64,000 nt of DNA from a virus. Numbering within the stretch: the stretch's first letter is position 1; each line of letters starts with the position of its first letter. The notes below the pieces were generated by a model. The model was not told the origin of the DNA. It saw nothing but the letters and a program-made list of their open reading frames with translations, and did not search any database. The translations under genes were made by a program, and so were the position numbers. The DNA is taken from positions 1 to 64,000 of the IMG/VR virus record IMGVR_UViG_3300026382_000012. The stretch is one strand, 5' to 3'. Below are positions 1 to 8,343 of this stretch, one piece after another.

Positions 1-411
1 GACAAAGAATATTGTTATTTTAGAAAAGGTGATCTATATGCATTAAGTATTGACATTCAGACTGGCGAGATTTCGTTTAAACCAGTTAAATTTATTATGC
101 GTCATAAAATAAATTTAAAAGAGAAAAAACTTTATAAAATTATTGGTAATCCTTACGGTGTTGTATATGTTACAGAAGATCATTCGTTAATAGTAAAACG
201 CGGCGAGAGATTTACTGTTACTACTCCAAGAAATTTACAACCGAATGACAAACTAATTTCATATACATTTGCTACAGACACAACCGAATATATTGATATT
301 AAAGATATCATAGACATCTCAAACGAGTTTAATGACGAGGAAATATATGTATATGACTTGCACGTAGAAGATAATAATACATTTCTAGCAGATAACTTTT
401 TTGTACATAAT
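1..411 (+). mobile_element. Intein (partial) inserted in PolB motif C (D|TDS)
   Basis: Block B VTEDHSL, block F VYDLHVE, block G FFVHN followed by Thr; no homing endonuclease between blocks B and F. Confidence 0.9.
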
Positions 412-1293
412 ACAGATTCTCTGTTTATTCAGGTTTTTGATAAAAATGAGTTTAAAAAATTAGGTTATGAATTAAAAGCTGATAAAGAAGTAATAGATGA
501 AATAGAGAAGAAATTTGTCAAACCAATATCAGAAAAAATAAATACTGAACTAACGAATTATTGGAATAATAATTTACTTAATAAACTTAATATAGACCCA
601 GAATGGAATACTATTGATTTTAAAACAGAAATTGTAATGGATAAAATATTACTTTTAGGTGTTAAAAAGAGATATGTTTGTCGAATATATAAGGAAGATA
701 AAACATATTATATTCCACCAAAGTTAAAATTTACAGGTATAGAAATAAAAAGAAGCGATAGTTCAAGATTAACAAAATATGCGCTTCAAAAGATAATTGA
801 TATCATTTTTACTTTTGAAGACAAGAAAGAAAGAATACAAAAAACTAAAGAACTTGTATTGGACATTAAGAAGAAATTTGATGATGCTAAGAAGAATTAT
901 GATCTTGAACTAATTGGAATCCCATCGTCATGGGGAATTAAAGAATATGAATCTATCCCTACATATGTATATGGTGCTATGTTATATAACACTTTAATTC
1001 AAGATATATGTAGACCCGGCGTTAAAGGATATAGGATACATATTAAGCTAAATCTACCAAAAATAAAAAAGATAATCCAAGAACTGAAGAATAAATCTAA
1101 ATATCAATTTGATATTAAAACATTTGAGAAAGTTTCAAATAAACTTGATGTAATATTTATTCCACCTGAGTTTAACAGGGAAAAAATAAAACAATTGGAA
1201 AAAGATAAAATTATACAAATAGATTGGGATACGCAGTATAATAAAATCATTAGAGAAAAACTAGAAACATATATTGATATTGTTAAGGATTAA
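1..1293 (+). CDS. Family B DNA polymerase, C-terminal subunit (motif C onward and thumb), intein-containing; 5' end outside window
   Basis: Frame is open from base 1. After the intein end (FVHN) comes TDSLF (motif C), then FKTE, KKRY and KFTGIEIKRSD, all PolB palm/thumb motifs. Confidence 0.9.
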   Translation, partial: DKEYCYFRKGDLYALSIDIQTGEISFKPVKFIMRHKINLKEKKLYKIIGNPYGVVYVTEDHSLIVKRGERFTVTTPRNLQPNDKLISYTFATDTTEYIDIKDIIDISNEFNDEEIYVYDLHVEDNNTFLADNFFVHNTDSLFIQVFDKNEFKKLGYELKADKEVIDEIEKKFVKPISEKINTELTNYWNNNLLNKLNIDPEWNTIDFKTEIVMDKILLLGVKKRYVCRIYKEDKTYYIPPKLKFTGIEIKRSDSSRLTKYALQKIIDIIFTFEDKKERIQKTKELVLDIKKKFDDAKKNYDLELIGIPSSWGIKEYESIPTYVYGAMLYNTLIQDICRPGVKGYRIHIKLNLPKIKKIIQELKNKSKYQFDIKTFEKVSNKLDVIFIPPEFNREKIKQLEKDKIIQIDWDTQYNKIIREKLETYIDIVKD

Positions 1294-1298
1294 TACCG

Positions 1299-3728
1299 AT
1301 GGATAATAAAGTAAAAAACATACCACCGTATAGATTCTACTTTCTGGATTATAATCCAGAACAACAATTAGCACTTTTTTATTATAAAGAAAGAATAAAT
1401 CAAGATAATTATACTACCGATCAATATATTAAAAAAATATTTTTGGATATTGAAGTATTTACAGAATTTGAGAATAAATTTCCTGAGCCAAAACACGCCG
1501 AAAAACCTATTAATGCTGTTACATTAATAAATGATAAAAGCGATATTGATATTTTATTCTTATTGCATAAAGACATTGTAAATTTTGACAGAGAAAAGAT
1601 AATTGAAAACATTATAAATAACTCAAAAAAAGAATACAATTTTGAAATTAATAATCTTAATATGTATGTGTTTGATGATGAAAGCGATTTAATATATACT
1701 ATGTGGAATATAATTCACAATTATGATCCTGCAATTTTAGTAGGATTTAACTCCGATTACTTTGATTTTCCATATATTGTGAGAAGAACAATTAATTTAT
1801 TTGGATATGAAGACGCGGCGCAATTAATAACTAAATTTAATGAATTTAATATATCAGGATTTAATATTTCAATACCAGATTTTCAATTAGTAGATATTTT
1901 AAAGATGTATAAACCAGGTGAAGGTTTTGGCTTTGGAAAAAATTTAGAAAAATTTAATCTTGATACTGTTGCCGAAGAAGAGTTAGGCGTCAAAAAAGTA
2001 GAACATGAAAATATATCATTAGATGAGTTATACATAAATGATCCGGAAAGATTTATTTATTACAACATGATTGATACATATCTAATTTATATGTTGGATA
2101 AGAAATTAAAACATTTTGACTTATTTAACGCACAACGCAGAATATCTTTCTGCCCTGTTTCAAGAGCATATCATGGTCGCTCCGTTATGGGCGAACAGAT
2201 ACAAACCTATAATATGTTAATTAACGAAAATAAAGTTCCAAGATCTTATCTAGTTAAAGAAAAATACGCAGTTGATGATAATGAAGATGAATTTAAGAAA
2301 TATTCACTTTCACTTTCATACTACGGTGCTTATGTTAGAGATCCAATTAGAGGAATATATGATGGGTTAATTATAGACTTAGACCAATCATTAACAGGTG
2401 ATCAATTAATTGTTATTAAAAGAGACGGTATAGCATTAGAAATACCTATAGGAAAATATGAATACAAGGAAGGTGATGAAACATTAACATTAGATCATAA
2501 TAAAAAGGTTTGTTGGAAAAAAGTAAAAGGCGTTATAAAACACAAAAACAAACATAAGATTTTAAAGATAAAGACTAAATCCGGTAAAATAATTAAAATC
2601 ACCGATAATCATTCTATTTTCATATATAGAAATGATAATATCGAATTAATTAAGGCAAGCGAATTAAAACATGGTGATAAAGTAATAACTATTGTAGGAT
2701 TTGATGAATTGATCAATACAGATAAAATTATTGAAATAGAAGTAATAGAAAAGAAAAAAGCGAGATATGTTTATGATATTTCAGTAGAAGACACTGAAAG
2801 ATTTTTTGCTAGAGATCCAGAATCAAATGGTTATATATTAGTACACAATACTTCAATGTATCCTTCATTGATTAAAATGTATAATATGGAATATAGTACA
2901 TATAAAGCCAAATTATACAATAATACAATATATGGTTTCATTAATGTTTTAAGGAAATTTATTAATAATGAAGATAAGACACTAACAACAGATATTATTG
3001 TTAACGCAATACAAAAACAATTATTACAATACTTGAAAAACCATACTACCAGTTATAAAAATTATTACAAAAAGAATATGTTATACATAACAAATATAAT
3101 TGAAACATTGAAAAATAGCGGATTTACTTTTGAAGAAATAATTTCTAATAAGAATTATTATCTTCTAAAGACAAAATTAGTGCCGTTATTAGAAATTGTT
3201 GAGCTAATACTTTCTGATGAATACAATAATATTATATACGATTATTTATTTATGGAATACACAGATTTCGTTGAAAAATATAGAAATATAAATTTTTACT
3301 TATTAGATAGCCCGACTGATAGTTATTCTCAATTAAAAATATTAAGTTTTGAAGAATTAATAGATGAATATTTAAAGAAGTATATAATCACAATTACTGG
3401 TTGTTTATTTATTAAACATTCAGAAAAGACCGGTTATATTATTCAATTGATAAATAAATTAATGAAAGAAAGAAAGCAATTAAAGAATAAATTAAAAGAA
3501 ATTGACCCTAACACAAAAGAATATGAACTTATGTATCGCACACAGTTAAGTATCAAAGTTCTTCTAAACTCACTATACGGAATTTATGGTTTAACTACAT
3601 ATAGATACAATGAGAAAAATATAGCAAACGCTATTACTATTTCAGGTAGAGTTCTAATTAAAACAGCTCAATATGTTGCAGATAGAACAATACAAGAATT
3701 TAAGAATAACGTTCTATCTTTCAATTAA
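1299..3728 (+). CDS. Family B DNA polymerase, N-terminal subunit (3'-5' exonuclease, motifs A and B), with mini-intein
   Basis: ExoI FLDIEV, ExoII GFNSDYFDFPY, ExoIII YNMID; motif A DLDQ|TSMYPS; motif B KVLLNSLYG; ORF ends before motif C. Confidence 0.92.
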   Translation: MDNKVKNIPPYRFYFLDYNPEQQLALFYYKERINQDNYTTDQYIKKIFLDIEVFTEFENKFPEPKHAEKPINAVTLINDKSDIDILFLLHKDIVNFDREKIIENIINNSKKEYNFEINNLNMYVFDDESDLIYTMWNIIHNYDPAILVGFNSDYFDFPYIVRRTINLFGYEDAAQLITKFNEFNISGFNISIPDFQLVDILKMYKPGEGFGFGKNLEKFNLDTVAEEELGVKKVEHENISLDELYINDPERFIYYNMIDTYLIYMLDKKLKHFDLFNAQRRISFCPVSRAYHGRSVMGEQIQTYNMLINENKVPRSYLVKEKYAVDDNEDEFKKYSLSLSYYGAYVRDPIRGIYDGLIIDLDQSLTGDQLIVIKRDGIALEIPIGKYEYKEGDETLTLDHNKKVCWKKVKGVIKHKNKHKILKIKTKSGKIIKITDNHSIFIYRNDNIELIKASELKHGDKVITIVGFDELINTDKIIEIEVIEKKKARYVYDISVEDTERFFARDPESNGYILVHNTSMYPSLIKMYNMEYSTYKAKLYNNTIYGFINVLRKFINNEDKTLTTDIIVNAIQKQLLQYLKNHTTSYKNYYKKNMLYITNIIETLKNSGFTFEEIISNKNYYLLKTKLVPLLEIVELILSDEYNNIIYDYLFMEYTDFVEKYRNINFYLLDSPTDSYSQLKILSFEELIDEYLKKYIITITGCLFIKHSEKTGYIIQLINKLMKERKQLKNKLKEIDPNTKEYELMYRTQLSIKVLLNSLYGIYGLTTYRYNEKNIANAITISGRVLIKTAQYVADRTIQEFKNNVLSFN
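2388..2849 (+). mobile_element. Mini-intein (154 aa) in PolB motif A
   Basis: Starts SLTGDQ, block B ITDNHS, block F VYDISVE, ends ILVHN before Thr; no endonuclease domain. Confidence 0.9.
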
Positions 3729-3731
3729 GTA

Positions 3732-3746
3732 ATATAGATATTATAT
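3732..3746 (+). promoter_or_regulatory. Putative phage promoter ATATAGATATTAT
   Basis: Recurrent intergenic 13-mer containing a TATTAT -10-like box. Confidence 0.55.
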
Positions 3747-3782
3747 AAGTAGTTTACTACTTATTAATCGAATACAGTAGAC

Positions 3783-3947
3783 ATGATTTTATACGAAATC
3801 CATAACCTACTCGAAGAACAGAAAAGACTAAGCGATAAATATTCAAAAATATTAAGCTATTTACGACCAGTATTTATACATTTGGCAAAGATTATGTATA
3901 TAAAACACGATTTCAATACTTTTAATTATTGGTTAAAAGAAATCTGA
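3783..3947 (+). pseudogene. Short/truncated ORF (54 aa) resembling the N-terminus of 4064..4492
   Basis: MILYEI...VFIHLAKIMY...FNYWLKEI* versus MTVILHEL...IYEHIYKIICY; ends at TGA. Confidence 0.4.
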
Positions 3948-4063
3948 TTTATGTTAAAAAGTATTTCAATAGAAAAAATTGTAAGGCATAATACGGATAT
4001 TACAATTCAAGTGCGGGCGTTCTTTTTCTTGTCCGCACAAATTACTTAATAGGAGACTCAATA

Positions 4064-4492
4064 TTGACAGTTATATTGCATGAATTATCAAAACAAATAA
4101 AATCATTAAAAAGTAATGAAGGAATATTTGAGAAAATATATGAACATATTTATAAAATTATCTGCTATCAAGATTACTATGATCTAAATAAACATATTCA
4201 TGATTTGAATATATGGATAAATGTTATAAAGAAAGAAGTTGAAAAAAATAAAATCAAGCAAAATAAATTGACTACGTATATAAACAAAGAAATAAATGAT
4301 AAAGTTAGACAACAGATTAGAGACAAAGTAGATAGAAAATATACTATACCGAAGGTAAATAATAATATTAAAACAGTTGATGAATTTTTTGATAGGTTAA
4401 TAATTTCAATGTATAATAACAATACAAGTCAAATTTTGAAGCAACTGAAACAATATGTTGAGGATAATCATGAAAACAGTAGAGTTACTTGA
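4064..4492 (+). CDS. Hypothetical protein (weak DUF29-like EHxxKxxxY motif)
   Basis: ORF with AGGAG SD. Confidence 0.6.
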   Translation: MTVILHELSKQIKSLKSNEGIFEKIYEHIYKIICYQDYYDLNKHIHDLNIWINVIKKEVEKNKIKQNKLTTYINKEINDKVRQQIRDKVDRKYTIPKVNNNIKTVDEFFDRLIISMYNNNTSQILKQLKQYVEDNHENSRVT

Positions 4493-4883
4493 TAGCTGGA
4501 AAGACAGATTGAAACACAGAATTTATCTTTTATTATTTGGCAGAGATGATTTAGTTGATATTTTATCAGACATTCTCATACAAATAAGAAGTTTTATCGA
4601 ACGGTGCAAATACAGAAACAAAATAGAAATAGAAGAAATGTTTTATGATGAATATTATGATGTATTTAGGAAGTCACTAAGCACATACAAACAGTTGTAC
4701 ATAGATTTAGATGTAAATAGAGATAAGATAATTAAATTAATTAGTAAAAATAAAAGTATTGAAAAAGTAATAAACGAAATTATTGATAATAATAAAAAAT
4801 TAGAGGTTATTTTTAATTTATTGTTAGATAATAAAATAGATGATATTTGGGATACTTTGACTAGTTTGAAAGGAGGCCACTAA
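4470..4883 (+). CDS. Hypothetical protein
   Basis: ORF 4455..4883; GAGGA SD favours ATG at 4470. Confidence 0.6.
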   Translation: MKTVELLDSWKDRLKHRIYLLLFGRDDLVDILSDILIQIRSFIERCKYRNKIEIEEMFYDEYYDVFRKSLSTYKQLYIDLDVNRDKIIKLISKNKSIEKVINEIIDNNKKLEVIFNLLLDNKIDDIWDTLTSLKGGH

Positions 4884-5680
4884 TGTACACAATTAAAAAG
4901 AAATTTATGGTTGATCTGGCGCATATTGTGCCGACTCAACAATTTTTTAATCCTAAATATGAATGTAAATGTAGAAATATACATGGACATACCTTCACAA
5001 TCATTCCTATAGTAAAAGCAAAAAAATTAGATAAAAATACCAGAATGGTAATAGATTATACTCTATTTAAGCCATTTAAAGATGTTCTAGATAAATTTTT
5101 TGATCATAAATTTATAATCTCAGATAGAATACCTAACTATGAAAAAGTAGTTGATCTAATAAATCAAGTCAAATCTATATGCAACGGTAATGAAGGCAGA
5201 TATAGTAAAGCAATGATAACATATAAATCTATTACATTAGATAAAATTTTACTTACGAATATAGATAACGTAACTATTGTACATTGGGATAGCACCACGG
5301 CAGAAGATATGTCGCATTTTCTTCAATATATACTAGCAGATGAACTAATTAAAACTTTTGAAATAAGACAAGAAATTAGCATATCAGTAGCAGTTAAAGA
5401 AACACCGAATAGTTTTGCAGTATATAATAAACCATATACAATTGTGCCGAGTATTAGACTTGCATTAAGAAGGATTAATAGATTACCAGAGAAAGAAAAA
5501 ATATATGTTATAATCAATAATTTTATTCCATATGTAAAGAGGAACAATAATTTATATCCATATGTTAAGGATATCATAGATAAGATAGAATTGTTGCGCA
5601 AAAAACATTCGAATCAGAAACACATTTCTATACTAGTTGATAGATTGTTAAATGAAATAAATATGTTGAAAATTACTTAA
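4883..5680 (+). CDS. queD: QueD (6-carboxytetrahydropterin synthase) with C-terminal extension
   Basis: AH...CRNIHGH, MVIDY, FDH, TAE and VKETPNSFA motifs. Confidence 0.88.
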   Translation: MYTIKKKFMVDLAHIVPTQQFFNPKYECKCRNIHGHTFTIIPIVKAKKLDKNTRMVIDYTLFKPFKDVLDKFFDHKFIISDRIPNYEKVVDLINQVKSICNGNEGRYSKAMITYKSITLDKILLTNIDNVTIVHWDSTTAEDMSHFLQYILADELIKTFEIRQEISISVAVKETPNSFAVYNKPYTIVPSIRLALRRINRLPEKEKIYVIINNFIPYVKRNNNLYPYVKDIIDKIELLRKKHSNQKHISILVDRLLNEINMLKIT

Positions 5681-5685
5681 CTGTA

Positions 5686-5702
5686 AACTACTTTAAAGGA
5701 GG
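5686..5702 (+). repeat. First copy of dispersed element AACTACTTTAAAGGAGG. Other copies start at 8321, 9735, 10578, 11830, 14004, 14973, 15519, 17145, 21152, 22092, 22675 (degenerate), 23394, 24133, 24844, 25737 (half), 39124, 39907, 41158, 42309, 43331, 55808 and 57453
   Basis: Read directly; full copies are fused to the SD a few nt before a start codon. Confidence 0.93.
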
Positions 5703-5710
5703 AAATTTAC

Positions 5711-6349
5711 ATGACTCAGGGAAACAATATTGAACTAGAAAGAGCATTTACAGGAAGTTTATCATGCAATATGATAATAAATGGGAATAATATTCAAGGT
5801 GAGGCATTTGGTTATATTATTAAACCGTATTCTAGTGTAACACTTATATTTAGAAGCTCAGATGGTAATAATTTCGCAAATATTTATCTTGATTCTATTC
5901 ATCTAAGATTTATTAAGAATGTATTGGAAACGGGCGCGTTTGTTAATACAATGTTTAAAAAAAGAATAAGTAACAATATAATTCCAATACAATTTGTTTC
6001 CGATGAAAACTTTATTATGTTTACAATAACTGATCAAAGAAATAACTCATCAACAAATGTTGCAATAGCAAAACAAGATGTTGCATCTATTTTAGCACTT
6101 AAAAGTATTGTTGATGAATTATTACATATTATGACATATATAGAACCATATTTTGCTAAACAAAGAGAGCAAAATCAGCAGAATAGTATACAACAAAATA
6201 GCATACAGCAAATAAATAATAATGTAATTAATAGTGCTCCACCTGCTCCGCAACAAACAATACAACCAGTACAAACACAACAAAATACAATAGGCAATAG
6301 TCCTAATCCATTTGTAAATAGTATGAATAATAGTAATGGAGTTATTTAA
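5711..6349 (+). CDS. Hypothetical protein with Q/N/P-rich disordered tail
   Basis: ORF with strong SD; QQNSI repeats. Confidence 0.7.
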   Translation: MTQGNNIELERAFTGSLSCNMIINGNNIQGEAFGYIIKPYSSVTLIFRSSDGNNFANIYLDSIHLRFIKNVLETGAFVNTMFKKRISNNIIPIQFVSDENFIMFTITDQRNNSSTNVAIAKQDVASILALKSIVDELLHIMTYIEPYFAKQREQNQQNSIQQNSIQQINNNVINSAPPAPQQTIQPVQTQQNTIGNSPNPFVNSMNNSNGVI

Positions 6350-6351
6350 CA

Positions 6352-6771
6352 TTGATAGTAACAGATTTAACATATTATAATTGGTTTGGTTATGATCTAA
6401 CTAATCCAAGGAAATTAGATAAACTAATAAAGAAATTGGAAAGAATTATTAGAATATCACCTGAATATAAATTATGGGCAGATATATGCAGATCAGGTAA
6501 ATATAAATGTCCTAAATGCGGCATTAGTTCTGAACTAATGCCGCTAGAAGTTCATCATACCCCAAAAACATTATATGATATTGTTGATGAAGTATTAAAT
6601 AAACATATAGAAAATGATGATATATTAGAATTGTATCCAACAGATATTGTAAAAGAAGTATTATTATTACACTTAGAAAATAAAGTATCATATGAGGTAT
6701 TGTGTAAATCCTGTCATGAAATAGAACATAATAAAAGAAAACTTCAAGAATCAACAAAAATACCTGATTGA
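6352..6771 (+). CDS. HNH endonuclease-like zinc-binding protein
   Basis: CPKCG...LEVHH...VLCKSCHEIEH. Confidence 0.75.
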   Translation: MIVTDLTYYNWFGYDLTNPRKLDKLIKKLERIIRISPEYKLWADICRSGKYKCPKCGISSELMPLEVHHTPKTLYDIVDEVLNKHIENDDILELYPTDIVKEVLLLHLENKVSYEVLCKSCHEIEHNKRKLQESTKIPD

Positions 6772-6774
6772 TTT

Positions 6775-6793
6775 TGGTGGGTTTCGCCCACCA
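6775..6793 (+). terminator. GC-rich hairpin, probable intrinsic terminator
   Basis: TGGTGGG-TTTCG-CCCACCA followed by TATTT. Confidence 0.6.
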
Positions 6794-6825
6794 TATTTAA
6801 ACTAGCAAACAAGAGGAGTGCACTG

Positions 6826-7152
6826 ATGGAGAATACATACTTTTTTATAATTGCTTTATTAATCTATTTCTTTATTGATAAAATATTAGAAGTATTTGAG
6901 GAAAAATATAATTCTGATACTAACTTAACAGTAGCAGATGCAACTAATATAATTATCTTAATTGCTTCGCCTATAATTAAAAATCTTAAAAATGATAAAA
7001 GTAAAACAACAAAAGAAATACTAACGGAAACATATGCGTCGGTTATAAAAATGGTAGATATCAAAAAATATAAGAAATCGTTAGGACTAACTGATGAAGG
7101 ATTAAGAACATTTATTTCATCTATCATACTTGAACTTTATAATCAAACATAA
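6826..7152 (+). CDS. Small membrane-anchored hypothetical protein
   Basis: N-terminal hydrophobic stretch; GAGGAG SD. Confidence 0.65.
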   Translation: MENTYFFIIALLIYFFIDKILEVFEEKYNSDTNLTVADATNIIILIASPIIKNLKNDKSKTTKEILTETYASVIKMVDIKKYKKSLGLTDEGLRTFISSIILELYNQT

Positions 7153-7227
7153 AAGATTTTTACTTTTATCAGATTATAGTACTAAAAAGAACTCAGGAAA
7201 CGTAAAATTTAAAAATTAGGAAAACAA

Positions 7228-7242
7228 ATATAGATATTATAT
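7228..7242 (+). promoter_or_regulatory. Putative phage promoter ATATAGATATTAT
   Basis: Exact copy, intergenic, upstream of a long plus-strand gene run. Confidence 0.55.
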
Positions 7243-7270
7243 TCGTAAGAACTCTTTTTGAGGAGTAGGC

Positions 7271-7360
7271 ATGATAATAGCAGCGATAGTTTTAGCTATG
7301 GGCAGTTACCCATGGCTAAAAGAACTTTTTAAAGAAAAAATTGAAACTATAGTTTATTTA
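7271..7360 (+). CDS. Small 29-aa hydrophobic peptide (MIIAAIVLAMGSYPW...) with an internal hairpin at 7291..7320
   Basis: GAGGAG SD upstream, ATG...TAA. Confidence 0.4.
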
Positions 7361-7379
7361 AGGTAGAAGGAGTTTAAAA

Positions 7380-7919
7380 ATGGATAAATATGAAAAAGTT
7401 AATTTTTCAATAAATGAAATTATTGATGAAATTAAAGAAGAATTTAAAAAGAATAATCATGATATTTTAATTGTATTGCCTATAATGACGGGCGTGATGC
7501 AATTCACAGTTGAATTATTGAAAAATATCAACGGAATAGAAAACAATATAAACCATATTATATATCCAGTTGTAATTAAGTCATATTATGCTAATAAACA
7601 GAAGAAATCTCCTACTATTAAATATTTTGAGGATATTGAGTTTGTGAGAGACGTTAAGAAATTTAATAACCCTATGATTATGATAGTCGATGATATAATA
7701 GATACGGGCGAAACAGTTGAATTTTTAACAAAATACATTAAGGAACTTACTGATAATAAAATCTATATTTGTTCGCTAATTTGGAAATCAAATAAATCCA
7801 AAATAAAACCTAATTTTTATTGTATTGAAGATAGATATGATAGATGGTGGGTAGGATTTGGAATGGATGATAATAATATGAATAGATTTACGAAAGAATT
7901 ATATTTTCTAACTAATTAG
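7380..7919 (+). CDS. hpt: Hypoxanthine/guanine phosphoribosyltransferase-like protein
   Basis: PRPP loop IVDDIIDTGET, KSY loop, WWVGFGMD. Confidence 0.85.
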   Translation: MDKYEKVNFSINEIIDEIKEEFKKNNHDILIVLPIMTGVMQFTVELLKNINGIENNINHIIYPVVIKSYYANKQKKSPTIKYFEDIEFVRDVKKFNNPMIMIVDDIIDTGETVEFLTKYIKELTDNKIYICSLIWKSNKSKIKPNFYCIEDRYDRWWVGFGMDDNNMNRFTKELYFLTN

Positions 7920-7940
7920 TCGTGATTTAGTGAGGCAAAT

Positions 7941-8321
7941 ATGAAGAAGTTAATTTGCCCAATCTGTAACAAAATGGTTGATTCGTTTTATATAGATTAT
8001 CGTGAAGCACAATATTGTTCTGTTTTATATCATGATGGTTATATTGACTGGGATAGTAAAGATATTGACGATACATATATTGAACTTATCACGTTAAGAT
8101 GTTCTAATTGTTTTATGTCATTTTCGGATGAATACTATAATATAGAAGAAGCAAAAAAATCTATTAAAGACTTTGAAATAGAATTAGATGCGAATAATAA
8201 TATTGTAAAAATAGGTGAAAGCGCAAAAATAATCTTACATAAACTAGCGCGTAAAAATAATATAGAAATAACAAATGATGAAGAATTAAACAATTTCTTT
8301 AAAATGTACTATAATTTATAA
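7941..8321 (+). CDS. Zinc-ribbon hypothetical protein, paralog of 13586..14005
   Basis: CPIC...DWD...CSNC...IGESAK. Confidence 0.7.
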   Translation: MKKLICPICNKMVDSFYIDYREAQYCSVLYHDGYIDWDSKDIDDTYIELITLRCSNCFMSFSDEYYNIEEAKKSIKDFEIELDANNNIVKIGESAKIILHKLARKNNIEITNDEELNNFFKMYYNL

Positions 8322-8343
8322 ACTACTTTAAAGGAGGTTGTTT

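Noticed and set aside
1-3728. Trans-splicing split intein joining the two PolB genes
   Set aside because: The second intein is complete in cis, the first has blocks B, F and G in one frame, and the N-terminal subunit ends without an intein fragment
3945-3947. Stop-codon reassignment (TGA here, TAA in tnpA)
   Set aside because: All conserved genes are full length in the standard code and all three stops are used as terminators; these cases are better explained as decay
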